DNA of 64,000 nucleotides from positions 4,448,001 through 4,512,000 of the forward strand of contig OZ253462.1 of NCBI GenBank assembly GCA_965261395.1, in the 5' to 3' direction. The notes under the pieces are model-generated. The model was not told the DNA's origin. It saw only the letters and a list, made by a program, of their open reading frames with translations, and made no database searches. This stretch comes from Candidatus Latescibacterota bacterium (GTDB taxonomy: Bacteria; Latescibacterota; UBA2968; UBA8231). A program made the translations under genes and the position numbers. Shown one piece after another: positions 28,874 through 38,058 of the stretch (position 1 is the stretch's first letter; every line of letters begins with the position of its first letter).

Positions 28874-29071
28874 ATGCCAAAAGTTAGGGATGCGATACGG
28901 ATCGTAGAGCGAGACGGCTGGAGGTTGGATCGTACTCGTGGAAGCCACCGGCAATATCGGCACCCTGAAAAACCAGGGACCGTTACGATAGCAGGCAGGA
29001 TGAACAAGGATTTGGCACCTAAAACTTGGAACAGTATTCTGAAACAGGCTGGACTCGACAGAGGAGAATAG
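28874..29071 (+). CDS. hicA: HicA family toxin
   Basis: GWRLDRTRGSHRQYRHPEKPGTVTI. Confidence 0.9.
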   Translation: MPKVRDAIRIVERDGWRLDRTRGSHRQYRHPEKPGTVTIAGRMNKDLAPKTWNSILKQAGLDRGE

Positions 29072-29073
29072 CC

Positions 29074-29280
29074 ATGCAATACAGTGTCGTCATCGAAAAG
29101 ACCGACAACGGCTACTCGGCTTATGCGCCCGATTTGCCGGGCTGCATCGCCGCCGGAGATTCGCAGGTCGAAGTGGAGGAATTGATCCGCGAAGCGATCA
29201 TCATGCACTTGGAATCGCTGCGGGAGCACGGCGACCCAGTACCTGAACCGCAAACTTCCGTCGCCCTAGTCGAGGTATAA
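29074..29280 (+). CDS. hicB: HicB family antitoxin (short, no DNA-binding domain)
   Basis: YSAYAPDLPGCIAAG...IREAI; GAGGAG RBS. Confidence 0.9.
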   Translation: MQYSVVIEKTDNGYSAYAPDLPGCIAAGDSQVEVEELIREAIIMHLESLREHGDPVPEPQTSVALVEV

Positions 29281-29303
29281 GCGTACACAAATAAGCGAAA
29301 GGC

Positions 29304-29591
29304 GTGAAGGTGCCGGAAGCTGAGCGCGTAGAAGTTACCAACGATACCCTGATGGCGGATCTCTCCGACGGATGGACCATCTCTGTTCCGTTGGCTTGGT
29401 ATCCTAGGCTAGTTCATGCGACGCCCCCAGAAAGACGCAACTGGCGGCTTATCGGTGTAGGCCAGGGAATCCACTGGCCCGACCTAGACGAGGATATCAG
29501 CGTGGAGGGTTTGCTAGCAGGTAGGCCCTTTGGGGAGAGCCAAGAGTCTTTGAAGCGGTGGTTAGAAGCGCGGCAGACAGGGTTGCAATGA
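29304..29591 (+). CDS. DUF2442 family protein
   Basis: LSDGWTISVPLAWYPRL, GIHWPDLDEDISVEGLL. Confidence 0.85.
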   Translation: MKVPEAERVEVTNDTLMADLSDGWTISVPLAWYPRLVHATPPERRNWRLIGVGQGIHWPDLDEDISVEGLLAGRPFGESQESLKRWLEARQTGLQ

Positions 29592-29733
29592 GCTTGCAAA
29601 CCGTCTGAGATCCGCTGGCTGTCCGGTGAATCTGGACGGAACTGACTGGCACTGCGCCGGTGATTTTGACGCCGCTCTCAAGTTGGATGAGATTGACACC
29701 GCGATACGGGAATTGCATAGGAGGGCGCAATGA
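29590..29733 (+). pseudogene. C-terminal remnant of a TIR-like nucleotide-binding protein
   Basis: Startless frame ELANRLRSAGCPVNLDGTDWHCAGDFDAAL...RRAQ*; stop overlaps the next ATG; family recognised from memory. Confidence 0.5.
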
Positions 29734-30569
29734 CCACGACTCAACTGAACATCACATTTGAGGGGCCACAGGTTAGCGCGGAGGGTGTGGCGGTGGACGA
29801 CTTGCAGCCGGTGCTGGAGCGGATCCAGCGTGCGGTGCGGCTCATGGTGGAGCACCTAGCGCGCGCCGATGGGACGCCGGAGTTGGCGCGAAAGCACAGC
29901 GAACTGCGTCCGGTGCGGATTTCGCCGGGAGCGGCAAACGTCCAACTCAAGCTGGCCCACGCGCCCAACGGACAGCATCCCCATGAGGAATACGGCCCCC
30001 GTGCGCTGCGAGCCATTCTGGATTGGCCTAACAACGCTAGCCTAGCACTGCCGGAGGATGTCACCAACCAGCTAAGCAGTATCGGTGAGGGGCTATCGCC
30101 TGAGATCAGCGTGGTCTGGCTCGGCGATCCGAGCAGTGGCCGATGTCTGGAGTTCCGACGTGCTGGACTAGATCAACCTCAGCAGGTCCCGGACGCTAAG
30201 GCACTCTTGTACGGCTGGCTGAAGGAAGTGAACTGGGCACAGGGCACAGCGCAACTCCACGAGCATGAAGACAAATACGTACAGTTGCGGTTCGATGCCG
30301 CACTCAACTATGAGATGCGCCGCCTAGCGACCCAGTATGTCGAGGTCAGAGGTCGAGGTCAGTTCAACAAGGACGATAGCTGGCACATCGTTCAGGTGGA
30401 GCAGATCAGCGAAACGCGCTCGTGGCGCGAACCCTTCGACTTGGAACTCTTTCACAACAACCCCAACCCGAAGATATTCGACCCCGACAAGATGGTCACC
30501 ATCGACCTAACGGATGAAGAGTGGGAGTCCTACAACCGCGCCATCCGTGAAGGTGTGGCCAAACCCTAA
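29730..30569 (+). CDS. Hypothetical protein with an antitoxin-like acidic C-terminus
   Basis: AGGAGG RBS; tail DLTDEEWESYNRAIREG directly before a PIN fragment. Confidence 0.7.
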   Translation: MTTTQLNITFEGPQVSAEGVAVDDLQPVLERIQRAVRLMVEHLARADGTPELARKHSELRPVRISPGAANVQLKLAHAPNGQHPHEEYGPRALRAILDWPNNASLALPEDVTNQLSSIGEGLSPEISVVWLGDPSSGRCLEFRRAGLDQPQQVPDAKALLYGWLKEVNWAQGTAQLHEHEDKYVQLRFDAALNYEMRRLATQYVEVRGRGQFNKDDSWHIVQVEQISETRSWREPFDLELFHNNPNPKIFDPDKMVTIDLTDEEWESYNRAIREGVAKP

Positions 30570-30744
30570 TATGGTGCAAATCTCCGCAAATCTCCGCAGC
30601 GAACGAGAGAAATCAGGACGCAGGCTGAATACGGCAGACGCTTGGATCTCTGCAACAGCCATCATGCTGCGATGTCCACTAGCGTCTAACGACGGAGATT
30701 TCGGAGACATTCCAAATCTGCAACTAATTAGAGCACCGTCCTGA
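30555..30744 (+). pseudogene. C-terminal half of a PIN/VapC toxin
   Basis: GRRLNTADAWISATAIMLRCPLASNDGDF; the N-terminal DT motif is absent; left boundary approximate. Confidence 0.75.
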
Positions 30745-30790
30745 TAACCTCTTTAGTACACAATTTCATCCCTAAACTACTAGGTATCCC

Positions 30791-31534
30791 ATGCAAAACC
30801 CTATCAAAGAACAGCTTGCCGCCGGGCAGCCTTCCATCGGCTCCTGGCTCAACCTAACCTCGCCGCTGGCAGCCGAAGTCATGGCTGCAGCCGGCTTCAA
30901 ATGGCTGGTAGTCGATGCCGAGCACTCGGCCTTTGACCTCGGCCACATCGCCCATACCTTCCGCGCCATCGAGGCGCGAGGTGCCCTGCCCTTGGCCCGC
31001 GCCTGGGATCACGACCCGACCACGGCCGCCCGCCTGCTCGACGCCGGAGCCTGGGGCTTGGTCTTTCCACACGTCAGCACCCCAGAGCAAGCCGAAAAGC
31101 TAGCCCAAGCCGTGCGCTATCCACCGCGCGGCAACCGGTCGGTGGGCACGGGCCGCTGCGTCACGTTGGCCCCGGATTATCGCCAAAGCTTTGACGACGC
31201 CGTCCTCTGCATCCCGCAGATCGAGGACATGGAGGGCATTGAAAACGCCGAGGCCATCGCCCGCGTTGAGGGTATCGATATCGGCTTCCTCGGGCCGGGC
31301 GATTTGGCCATGTCCATGGGCGTCACTGCTGGACACCCCGACCACGAGGCCGCCTTGCAGGCTTTTCGCGCCGGCTGCGTCAAAGCCGGCAAACCCAGCG
31401 GCATCCCGGTCAAGGACTCCGCCGAAGTCAAGCGGCGCATCGCCGAGGGCTTCCAGTTCATCGACTTCAGCAACGATATGCGGTTTTTGGAAACCACGGT
31501 ACAAGCCGCCTACCGCGAAGCCACGGCTGGATGA
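30791..31534 (+). CDS. HpcH/HpaI aldolase family protein
   Basis: VVDAEHS, RLLDAGA, RYPPRGNR, QIED, FLGPGDL. Confidence 0.92.
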   Translation: MQNPIKEQLAAGQPSIGSWLNLTSPLAAEVMAAAGFKWLVVDAEHSAFDLGHIAHTFRAIEARGALPLARAWDHDPTTAARLLDAGAWGLVFPHVSTPEQAEKLAQAVRYPPRGNRSVGTGRCVTLAPDYRQSFDDAVLCIPQIEDMEGIENAEAIARVEGIDIGFLGPGDLAMSMGVTAGHPDHEAALQAFRAGCVKAGKPSGIPVKDSAEVKRRIAEGFQFIDFSNDMRFLETTVQAAYREATAG

Positions 31535-32391
31535 ACATCCTCAACTTCGGCTCGCTCAACATCGACCTCGTTTATCAAGTCGAGCACATCGCCCGCTCGG
31601 GCGAGACCATCGCCAGCTCGACGCACCAAGTCTTTGCCGGCGGCAAGGGTGCCAATCAATCAGCGGCCCTTGCCCGCGCTGGCGCGCGCGTCTTTCACGC
31701 TGGCCAAGTCGGGCCAGATGGACAATGGCTGGTCGATAAACTGGCTGGGCTGGGCGTGGATGTGCAGCACATCCGCGTCGGTGACGTACCTACTGGCCAC
31801 GCCATTATCCAAGTTGACCGCCACGGCCAAAACAGCATTGTCCTCTTTGCCGGGGCCAATGCCCAAATAGACAGAGGGGCCATAGACACCGCGCTATCTC
31901 ATTTTGACCAAGTGGATATCCTCCTCTTGCAGAATGAGATAAACGACATTGCTTACATCATAACCTCAGCCTCCGAGCGGGGTCTGACGATATGCTTAAA
32001 CCCCGCGCCTTTTGGCCCGGAGGTCTGTGCGTATCCCCTCAAATTAGTCGATTTGCTCATCGTCAACGAAACCGAGGCCATCGGCCTTACGGATGCATCT
32101 GAACTCGCTGCACTGGCCGCGCTCTGCCCCCGCGCCCAGATCGCGCTCACACTGGGAGCCGCTGGCGCCCAGTACCGCTCCCCGACCGAGGAATTCCGCC
32201 TCTCCGCGCCGCAGGTCGAAGCGGTCGATACGACGGGTGCGGGAGACACCTTCATCGGCTATTTTCTTCAGGGCCTGACCGCCGGCATGACGGCGCGAGA
32301 CGCCATGACCCGCGCGGTGCAGGCCGCTGCCCTGTGCGTCACCCGCCCGGGAGCAATGGATTCAATTCCGACCGCAGATGAAGTAGATTAA
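31531..32391 (+). CDS. rbsK: Ribokinase / PfkB kinase
   Basis: GSLNID, GGKGANQ, LLQNE, NPAP, VDTTGAGDTF. Confidence 0.9.
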   Translation: MNILNFGSLNIDLVYQVEHIARSGETIASSTHQVFAGGKGANQSAALARAGARVFHAGQVGPDGQWLVDKLAGLGVDVQHIRVGDVPTGHAIIQVDRHGQNSIVLFAGANAQIDRGAIDTALSHFDQVDILLLQNEINDIAYIITSASERGLTICLNPAPFGPEVCAYPLKLVDLLIVNETEAIGLTDASELAALAALCPRAQIALTLGAAGAQYRSPTEEFRLSAPQVEAVDTTGAGDTFIGYFLQGLTAGMTARDAMTRAVQAAALCVTRPGAMDSIPTADEVD

Positions 32392-32416
32392 CTCATTGTA
32401 GTAGAAAGGAATACAC

Positions 32417-33400
32417 ATGCCGAACATCATGATCACCGCTCAGTTCCGAAACGCCGAATTCGCCTCCAGCGAGCGCGAACAGGGCCTCGAAAAGCTCCGC
32501 TCCCTAGGCACCCTCATCCCGGAGCCAGCCGTCCTCACCGCCGAACACGCCCCGGACCTAATCGCCTCCATCGCCAGTTCATCGGTCTATACGGACGAAT
32601 TTTACGCGGCGGCCGAGGATTTGCGCATCGTCGCCCGCTGGGGCGTTGGTTTTGACAAGGTCAATATCCCAGGGGCCACGCGCTACGGCGTGATCATCAC
32701 CGTGACGCCGGTCCACATGGACGCGGTCGCCGAATACGCCATCGCCCAGTGGATGGCGACCCTCAAGCGGGTCTATACTCTCAACCACCTCTCCCACCGA
32801 GGCGACTTCTCCATCATCCGCACCTATGAGGCCCAATACACCACCCTCGGCCTGTACGGCTGCGGCCGCATCGGCCAAGAGGTAGCCAAGCGCGCCGTAC
32901 CGCTCCTAGGCACGGGCGGTCGCTTGCTCATCTATGACACCCGCCCCGATATCGCCGACATCGCCGCCCAATACGGAGCTGAAGTCGCCGACTCGCCCGA
33001 AGCGCTCTTTCGCGAATGCGACACGGTCTCGCTCCACGTCTCCGGCGACGACACCATCGTCCACTACGACCTGCTCAGCCTGATGCAGCCCCACGCCTCG
33101 CTGATCAATCCCTCGCGCGGCAACCTCGTCAACGACGAGGACGTCCACCGCGCCATCGAAGAGGAAAAGCTCTACTACTACGTGGTGGACGATCCAGTCA
33201 ACGACACCCGCGCCATCCACAAGGATCACCCACGCATCATCTGCACCAACCACAACGCCGGCATCACGGTCGAATCCACCATGCGTCTCGACGCCAAGGG
33301 CATCGAGCAAGTCGAAGCAGCCATCACCGGCCGCCAGCCCGAACACATCCTCAACCCGGAGGTCCTCGACCATCCGCGGGTCAAGGCGTGGCTGCAATGA
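32417..33400 (+). CDS. D-isomer-specific 2-hydroxyacid dehydrogenase
   Basis: ARWGVGFD, GLYGCGRIG, INPSRG, HNAG. Confidence 0.88.
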   Translation: MPNIMITAQFRNAEFASSEREQGLEKLRSLGTLIPEPAVLTAEHAPDLIASIASSSVYTDEFYAAAEDLRIVARWGVGFDKVNIPGATRYGVIITVTPVHMDAVAEYAIAQWMATLKRVYTLNHLSHRGDFSIIRTYEAQYTTLGLYGCGRIGQEVAKRAVPLLGTGGRLLIYDTRPDIADIAAQYGAEVADSPEALFRECDTVSLHVSGDDTIVHYDLLSLMQPHASLINPSRGNLVNDEDVHRAIEEEKLYYYVVDDPVNDTRAIHKDHPRIICTNHNAGITVESTMRLDAKGIEQVEAAITGRQPEHILNPEVLDHPRVKAWLQ

Positions 33401-34527
33401 AAATAACCCGCTTCGACATTACACCGCTCAACAATCGCGGCCTCTTGCTCCAAGTCGCAACCGACGCCGGCCTCACGGGCTTGGGTGCGCCCATGAACTA
33501 CGAACACGGCCGCACGGTGGAGCGGGCCATCCTCGACATGGGCGATTACCTGATTGGCCGCGATCCGCTGCAAATCGAAGACCACTGGCAGACCCTCTAC
33601 CGCTCCAGTTATTCCCGCCAGATGCCGATCCTGTTGGCGGCCCTTAGCGGCATAGAAATGGCCTGTCTGGATCTGTTGGGTAAAACCGCTAACTTACCCG
33701 TGTGGAAGCTATTAGGTGGATCAGTGCGAGAGAGAATCCGGGTCTATGGAGCAGCCGGAGGCCCCACCCCAGAGCAAGCCGCTCAGGCCGCCCGCCAGCG
33801 CGTCGCAGAAGGCTTTACAGCGCTCAAAACCACCCCCTTCCCCGACCCTGTGCGCCCCATCGAGAGCCCAGCGGGGGTCGAGCGAAGCGTGTCCCTCGTT
33901 GCGGCCATGCGCGACGCCGTCGGCCCGGCCATCGACATCGCCATCGACTTCCACCGCGCCACCAGCCCGGCATTGGCCAAAGTGCTCCTGCGCGAACTCG
34001 AGCCCCTAAGGCCGCTCTTTGTCGAGGAGCCGACCCGTTCCACCGACAATATCGGCCCCCTGCTGGAACTGACGCGCTCGACCTCCATTCCCATCGCCAC
34101 CGGCGAACGCTGTGCCACTCGCTGGGGCTTCCGCGAATTGTGCGAGCGCAAGGCCGCGGCCATCATCCAGCCCGATATCCGCCACTGCGGCGGCCTGCTC
34201 GAAATGAAGAAGATTGCCGCCTTAGCCGAAGTCCACGAGATCGCCGTCGCGCCCCACAACGCCGCCGACCCCCTCGGTGTCGTCGCCTCCGTACAGGCGA
34301 TGGCCGGCACGCCCAACTTCCTCATCATGGAATACGGCGGCGGTGGCGGCAAAGGGTTTTTCACCAACCCTTTGCAAATGAAGGATGGATTTGTGGAATT
34401 GCCCCGAGGGCCGGGGCTAGGCGTGGAGATCGACCCAGAGGGCTTAGAAGCGGCTACCCACCGAGGCCCTTGGCAGCAGCGGACAATGCGCCGTCACCCA
34501 GAGGACGGATCCTTCGCGGATTTTTAG
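33397..34527 (+). CDS. dgoD: Galactonate dehydratase-like enolase-superfamily enzyme
   Basis: IEDHWQ, GFTALK, IDFH, FVEEP, IATGER, APHN, PGLGVE; ATGA overlap. Confidence 0.8.
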   Translation: MKITRFDITPLNNRGLLLQVATDAGLTGLGAPMNYEHGRTVERAILDMGDYLIGRDPLQIEDHWQTLYRSSYSRQMPILLAALSGIEMACLDLLGKTANLPVWKLLGGSVRERIRVYGAAGGPTPEQAAQAARQRVAEGFTALKTTPFPDPVRPIESPAGVERSVSLVAAMRDAVGPAIDIAIDFHRATSPALAKVLLRELEPLRPLFVEEPTRSTDNIGPLLELTRSTSIPIATGERCATRWGFRELCERKAAAIIQPDIRHCGGLLEMKKIAALAEVHEIAVAPHNAADPLGVVASVQAMAGTPNFLIMEYGGGGGKGFFTNPLQMKDGFVELPRGPGLGVEIDPEGLEAATHRGPWQQRTMRRHPEDGSFADF

Positions 34528-34537
34528 AATTGGAGAG

Positions 34538-34609
34538 ATGACGGACGCCGAAAAAACCACAGATGCCGTGGCTATTCTTCACAGGCACTATGTTGGGGGT
34601 AAGCCGGAA
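34538..34609 (+). pseudogene. N-terminal stub, probably of an XRE-type HTH regulator/antitoxin
   Basis: GGAGAG RBS plus MTDAEKTTDAVAILHRHYVGGKPE, abutting the yoeB stop codon; family recognised from memory. Confidence 0.4.
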
Positions 34610-34912
34610 TCAGTAATGGTAGCGGGCCTGTAGGAAATCTATACGTCCTTCGCTTACCATATACACTATGCGATGTTGTTCCGTAAGACGCCGCGACCAA
34701 GTTCCAGACGGTAGGTATTTGAGAGGCTCTGGTTTGCCGATACCTGAGAAGGGGTCGCGGAGTACGGCCTGTATCAGATCAAAGGCACGCAGCGTTATTT
34801 TGCGGTTAGTATGTACCCAGTAACGCAGATCTTCAACGAATTCAGGATGGAATACCCCCATCCACTCGCGAGTGGCGGGAGCGTCCTTTCTTTTAATCTT
34901 CTTTTTCGCCAA
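34610..34912 (-). CDS. yoeB: Txe/YoeB toxin
   Basis: DLRYW, DPFSGIGKPEPLK, WSRRLTEQHRIVY, ARYHY. Confidence 0.93.
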   Translation of the reverse strand: MAKKKIKRKDAPATREWMGVFHPEFVEDLRYWVHTNRKITLRAFDLIQAVLRDPFSGIGKPEPLKYLPSGTWSRRLTEQHRIVYMVSEGRIDFLQARYHY

Positions 34913-35183
34913 GACCGAGTTCTTTGCGGAGCTCTTCTACGGAAGAAGGCGACAGCTCCCGGCTCTGTGCGCGGTTGACAGCCGCGAGAAGGCGTTGGGC
35001 GTTTTTGGGCGATCTGAGGAGATGAGCCGTCTCGAGGAGGCTAGCTAATTCGTCCGCTGAAACCAGCGCGACGTCTTCGGCATTGCGCCGCCGTATAATC
35101 ACCGGCTCTCGCGTGGAGGTGACTTCGTCGCATAGCGACGCGAATTCGGCTCTGGCTTGGGTATAAGTTGTAACGGTGGTCAT
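34893..35183 (-). CDS. yefM: Phd/YefM antitoxin
   Basis: TYTQARAEFA, EPVIIRR, LETAHLLRSPKNAQRL. Confidence 0.93.
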   Translation of the reverse strand: MTTVTTYTQARAEFASLCDEVTSTREPVIIRRRNAEDVALVSADELASLLETAHLLRSPKNAQRLLAAVNRAQSRELSPSSVEELRKELGLGEKED

Positions 35184-35198
35184 TTGATTTTCCCTATG

Positions 35199-35240
35199 AT
35201 ATGTACAGCTTTAACGTACATATTGTGAACATTTTGTCAA
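35199..35240 (-). promoter_or_regulatory. yefM-yoeB promoter and autoregulatory operator
   Basis: TTGACA (35240-35235), 16 bp spacer, TACGTT; perfect inverted repeat ATATGTAC-N9-GTACATAT (35199-35223) with TGTACA-type cores. Confidence 0.65.
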
Positions 35241-35298
35241 AGCATCTCATGTACTTAGAATATTTTGTTCAGGCGCACCAGACGGAAATCGACCGCCG

Positions 35299-36393
35299 CT
35301 AAAGCGGCATGTATTCCAGTTCAAAGACCCGCTCGATAAACCAGCCCAACCCAAAAAGCCCAATCACAGCCGACACCACCAAGACGACCGGGCGCTGATA
35401 GGGCCGTCGGCTGAGCCAAGCGACGAACGGAAAGACGAGCGCGACAATGGCTACCTGACCGATTTCCACGCCGGCGTTGAACGCAAACAGCGAGGCGATC
35501 AGCCCGCGCGTCGGCAACCCCAACTCGCGCAGCACATTGGCGAAGCCAAACCCGTGCACCAGCCCAAAGGCGAAGGTAATCATCCAGCGGTAATCTGTGC
35601 GCTTGAGCCAGAAATTCTCCACTGCGACATAAACAATGCTCAAGGCGATACCCGCCTCGATCCACTGGCTCGGCAGGCGGACTATTTCGAGTGCTGCCAA
35701 GCAGAGGGTGATGCTGTGGGCAACGGTGAAGGCCGTGACGACCTTGACCAAACTGAGCAGCCGCCCCCCCACCACGATCAGTGCCAGCAGAAACATGACG
35801 TGATCGTAGCCAAGGAAAATGTGCTCCACCCCGAGGACCGCAAATTCGTATATATGCTCCCACAGCGATTTCTGCCCGGCAAAGGTCTGCTGAGGCGATC
35901 CCGCCGAAAATACGGCTTGCACGAGCGGCTGACCGGGCAACATGATTTTGGCCAAGTTTTTGTGTGCGTCCCCAAAGCGCTCCGGCCAGCCGATCCAGAC
36001 CTCCAGCTCGCTGACTGGATCCTCCAACTCGGCACTGAAGTACAAGTCGGCAAACATATTGCCCTTGTTATCCGGGGTGATGTCCCCCCTGTCGCGCACT
36101 AGGTCGAGCGATTGGCCATTGGCCCGCAGTTTCATCTGCTCTTCGACAAAGGCGAATATGTCGTCGAGGCCAGCCTCCATCTCCTCGTAGAACAGCAGGC
36201 TGTCCCCGTCTTGATCGATGCCGATTTTCAGGAGGTCGAAATCGTCCATGCGCACACGCACTTTGAGCGCGGCGTCCTCGGCGATCAAATTCGTGTAACT
36301 AGTGTTGAGCTTGTGGGCGCGAACTGGACTGGGGGAGGCAAAAAATAGCAGGACAAATGCGAATGTGAGCGTCAAACTAAGGCGTGTCTTCAT
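35299..36393 (-). CDS. HupE/UreJ family protein with an N-terminal extracytoplasmic domain
   Basis: GVEHIFLGYDHVMF, TAFTVAHSITL, FGLVHGFGFA, FNAGVEIGQ. Confidence 0.9.
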   Translation of the reverse strand: MKTRLSLTLTFAFVLLFFASPSPVRAHKLNTSYTNLIAEDAALKVRVRMDDFDLLKIGIDQDGDSLLFYEEMEAGLDDIFAFVEEQMKLRANGQSLDLVRDRGDITPDNKGNMFADLYFSAELEDPVSELEVWIGWPERFGDAHKNLAKIMLPGQPLVQAVFSAGSPQQTFAGQKSLWEHIYEFAVLGVEHIFLGYDHVMFLLALIVVGGRLLSLVKVVTAFTVAHSITLCLAALEIVRLPSQWIEAGIALSIVYVAVENFWLKRTDYRWMITFAFGLVHGFGFANVLRELGLPTRGLIASLFAFNAGVEIGQVAIVALVFPFVAWLSRRPYQRPVVLVVSAVIGLFGLGWFIERVFELEYMPL

Positions 36394-36751
36394 TTTCCTT
36401 CTTTAGTAAAGAGCGGATATAAGCGGCAATCTGCTCGCGTTCCTCCGCCGAGAGGTGTCCATAGCCCGGCATGGAAGTACCGGGCATTCCCTTCTGAATC
36501 GTTCGGGCGATGGCTGCTTCGCTGTGGCCGTTTTTGTAGGCTGCGGGATCGCGAAAATCGCGGGGAGGCGGCTGGAGCGTCTCCGCGATCTGGCCATCGC
36601 CGCGCCCATCCGGGCCGTGGCACACCGCGCACCCATTGCGAGTAAAGAGGGCCTTGCCCTGTGCCACCGTGCCTTTGGCGTCGTCGCTCTCGCCAGCGCA
36701 GCCAGCCACTAAGGCAGCCAACGCCCAGCGCCATATCGCGGCCTTAGGCAC
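36377..36751 (-). CDS. Monoheme c-type cytochrome lipoprotein
   Basis: Lipobox VAGC, CAVCH, GMPGTSMP; start codon uncertain. Confidence 0.88.
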   Translation of the reverse strand: MPKAAIWRWALAALVAGCAGESDDAKGTVAQGKALFTRNGCAVCHGPDGRGDGQIAETLQPPPRDFRDPAAYKNGHSEAAIARTIQKGMPGTSMPGYGHLSAEEREQIAAYIRSLLKKENEDTP

Positions 36752-38057
36752 CGTGGCTCTGCAGTTCAAAGCTGAAGGTCGTCCCCGCCCCCAACTTGCT
36801 TTGCACGGTCACTTGCTCGCCGTGGGCCTCGGCAATGTGGCGCACGATGGCCAAGCCCAAGCCCGTGCCGCCGAGGGCGCGCGAGCGCCCCTTGTCAACC
36901 CGGTAGAAGCGCTCGAAAATCCGGCCCAAGTCCTCGGAGGGGATGCCAATGCCGGTATCTTCGACGTAAATCGTTAGGCGATCGGTGCCCTCTACGGGCC
37001 GCGTGCCAATGCGAACTTTCCCGCCAGCGGGCGTGTATTTGACGGCGTTGTCGAGCAAATTGATGAGGGCGTGTTCAATCAATTTAGGGTCGCAGATCAC
37101 CTTGACAGACGGCGGAATGTCGCAGTCAATGGGGATTTGCTTTTGCGCGGCCGCTTGGCTGACTGAGCCAACGGACGTATCGACCAAGGGCCTTAGCTGG
37201 CAAGGGGCCATCTCGGCCTCCAATTGATCGGACTCCAGCCGCGACAGGTCGAGCAAGTCGCCGAGCAAGTGGGTCAGGCGATCGGCGTGATTCTCGATGA
37301 TGCCGGTGAAGCGGCGCGCCGTCTCCCGGTCGTCGAGCGCGCCCTCGGACAAAATCTCGGCATAGCCCTTGATGGCTGTCAACGGCGTACACAGCTCGTG
37401 GGACACATTGGCCACAAAGTCGCGGCGCATCCGCTCTAGTTGGCGCAGGCGCGTAATATCGTAGAGGACCGCCACCGCGCCGATGCACTCGTTCCCTTCG
37501 AGGACGGGCGCGACCTGCATGTCCAAATGGCGCTCCGGGGAGCCGGTCAGCTCCACTTCCGTTTCTCGGCTGCGCCCTTCGGCCAAACATCCGGCCAGCG
37601 CGTCTTGGATGGCCGCGTAACGCACGACCTCCGCGGTCAACAGCCCCTCTACTGGCGAGTCTAAGCCAAACAGGTTGGCCAGCGCCTTGTTGGCCAGCAC
37701 CACCCGGCCATTGCGGTCGATGACCAAGATGGCCTCGGTGATGCTTTCGAGGATGACCTCTAAGCGGCTCTTTTCGCTCTCTAGCTGATCGACGTGCTGT
37801 TGAATGCGTCCGGCGAAATCCTCTAGGGCACGCGCCAGCTCGGGATGGAACACCTCCACCCAAGCCGAGTTGCCGAGGGCTGCTTCGTCGAGCTGGCGCA
37901 ATCGCTCCCCCTGCCGGCGGGCGGCGCGGCCCCATAACCAGATTTGCACGCCAGTCCACAGCGCGGCCAGCACGAGCGCGAGCGCGATATTAGCGCCCCA
38001 CCAGACGAGCGCGGCCAAGAGCGCGTTGCTCAGGAGCAATATCCACCCGAAGCGCAC
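36744..38057 (-). CDS. phoR: Phosphate regulon sensor kinase
   Basis: TM plus PAS; FVANVSHELCTP, NLLDNAVKY, DTGIGI, FYRVDKGRSR, GTGLGL. Confidence 0.9.
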   Translation of the reverse strand: MRFGWILLLSNALLAALVWWGANIALALVLAALWTGVQIWLWGRAARRQGERLRQLDEAALGNSAWVEVFHPELARALEDFAGRIQQHVDQLESEKSRLEVILESITEAILVIDRNGRVVLANKALANLFGLDSPVEGLLTAEVVRYAAIQDALAGCLAEGRSRETEVELTGSPERHLDMQVAPVLEGNECIGAVAVLYDITRLRQLERMRRDFVANVSHELCTPLTAIKGYAEILSEGALDDRETARRFTGIIENHADRLTHLLGDLLDLSRLESDQLEAEMAPCQLRPLVDTSVGSVSQAAAQKQIPIDCDIPPSVKVICDPKLIEHALINLLDNAVKYTPAGGKVRIGTRPVEGTDRLTIYVEDTGIGIPSEDLGRIFERFYRVDKGRSRALGGTGLGLAIVRHIAEAHGEQVTVQSKLGAGTTFSFELQSHGA

Positions 38058-38058
38058 T

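Noticed and set aside
28823-30790. Integron cassette array
   Set aside because: No attC-like RYYYAAC...GTTRRRY structures or integrase seen by eye
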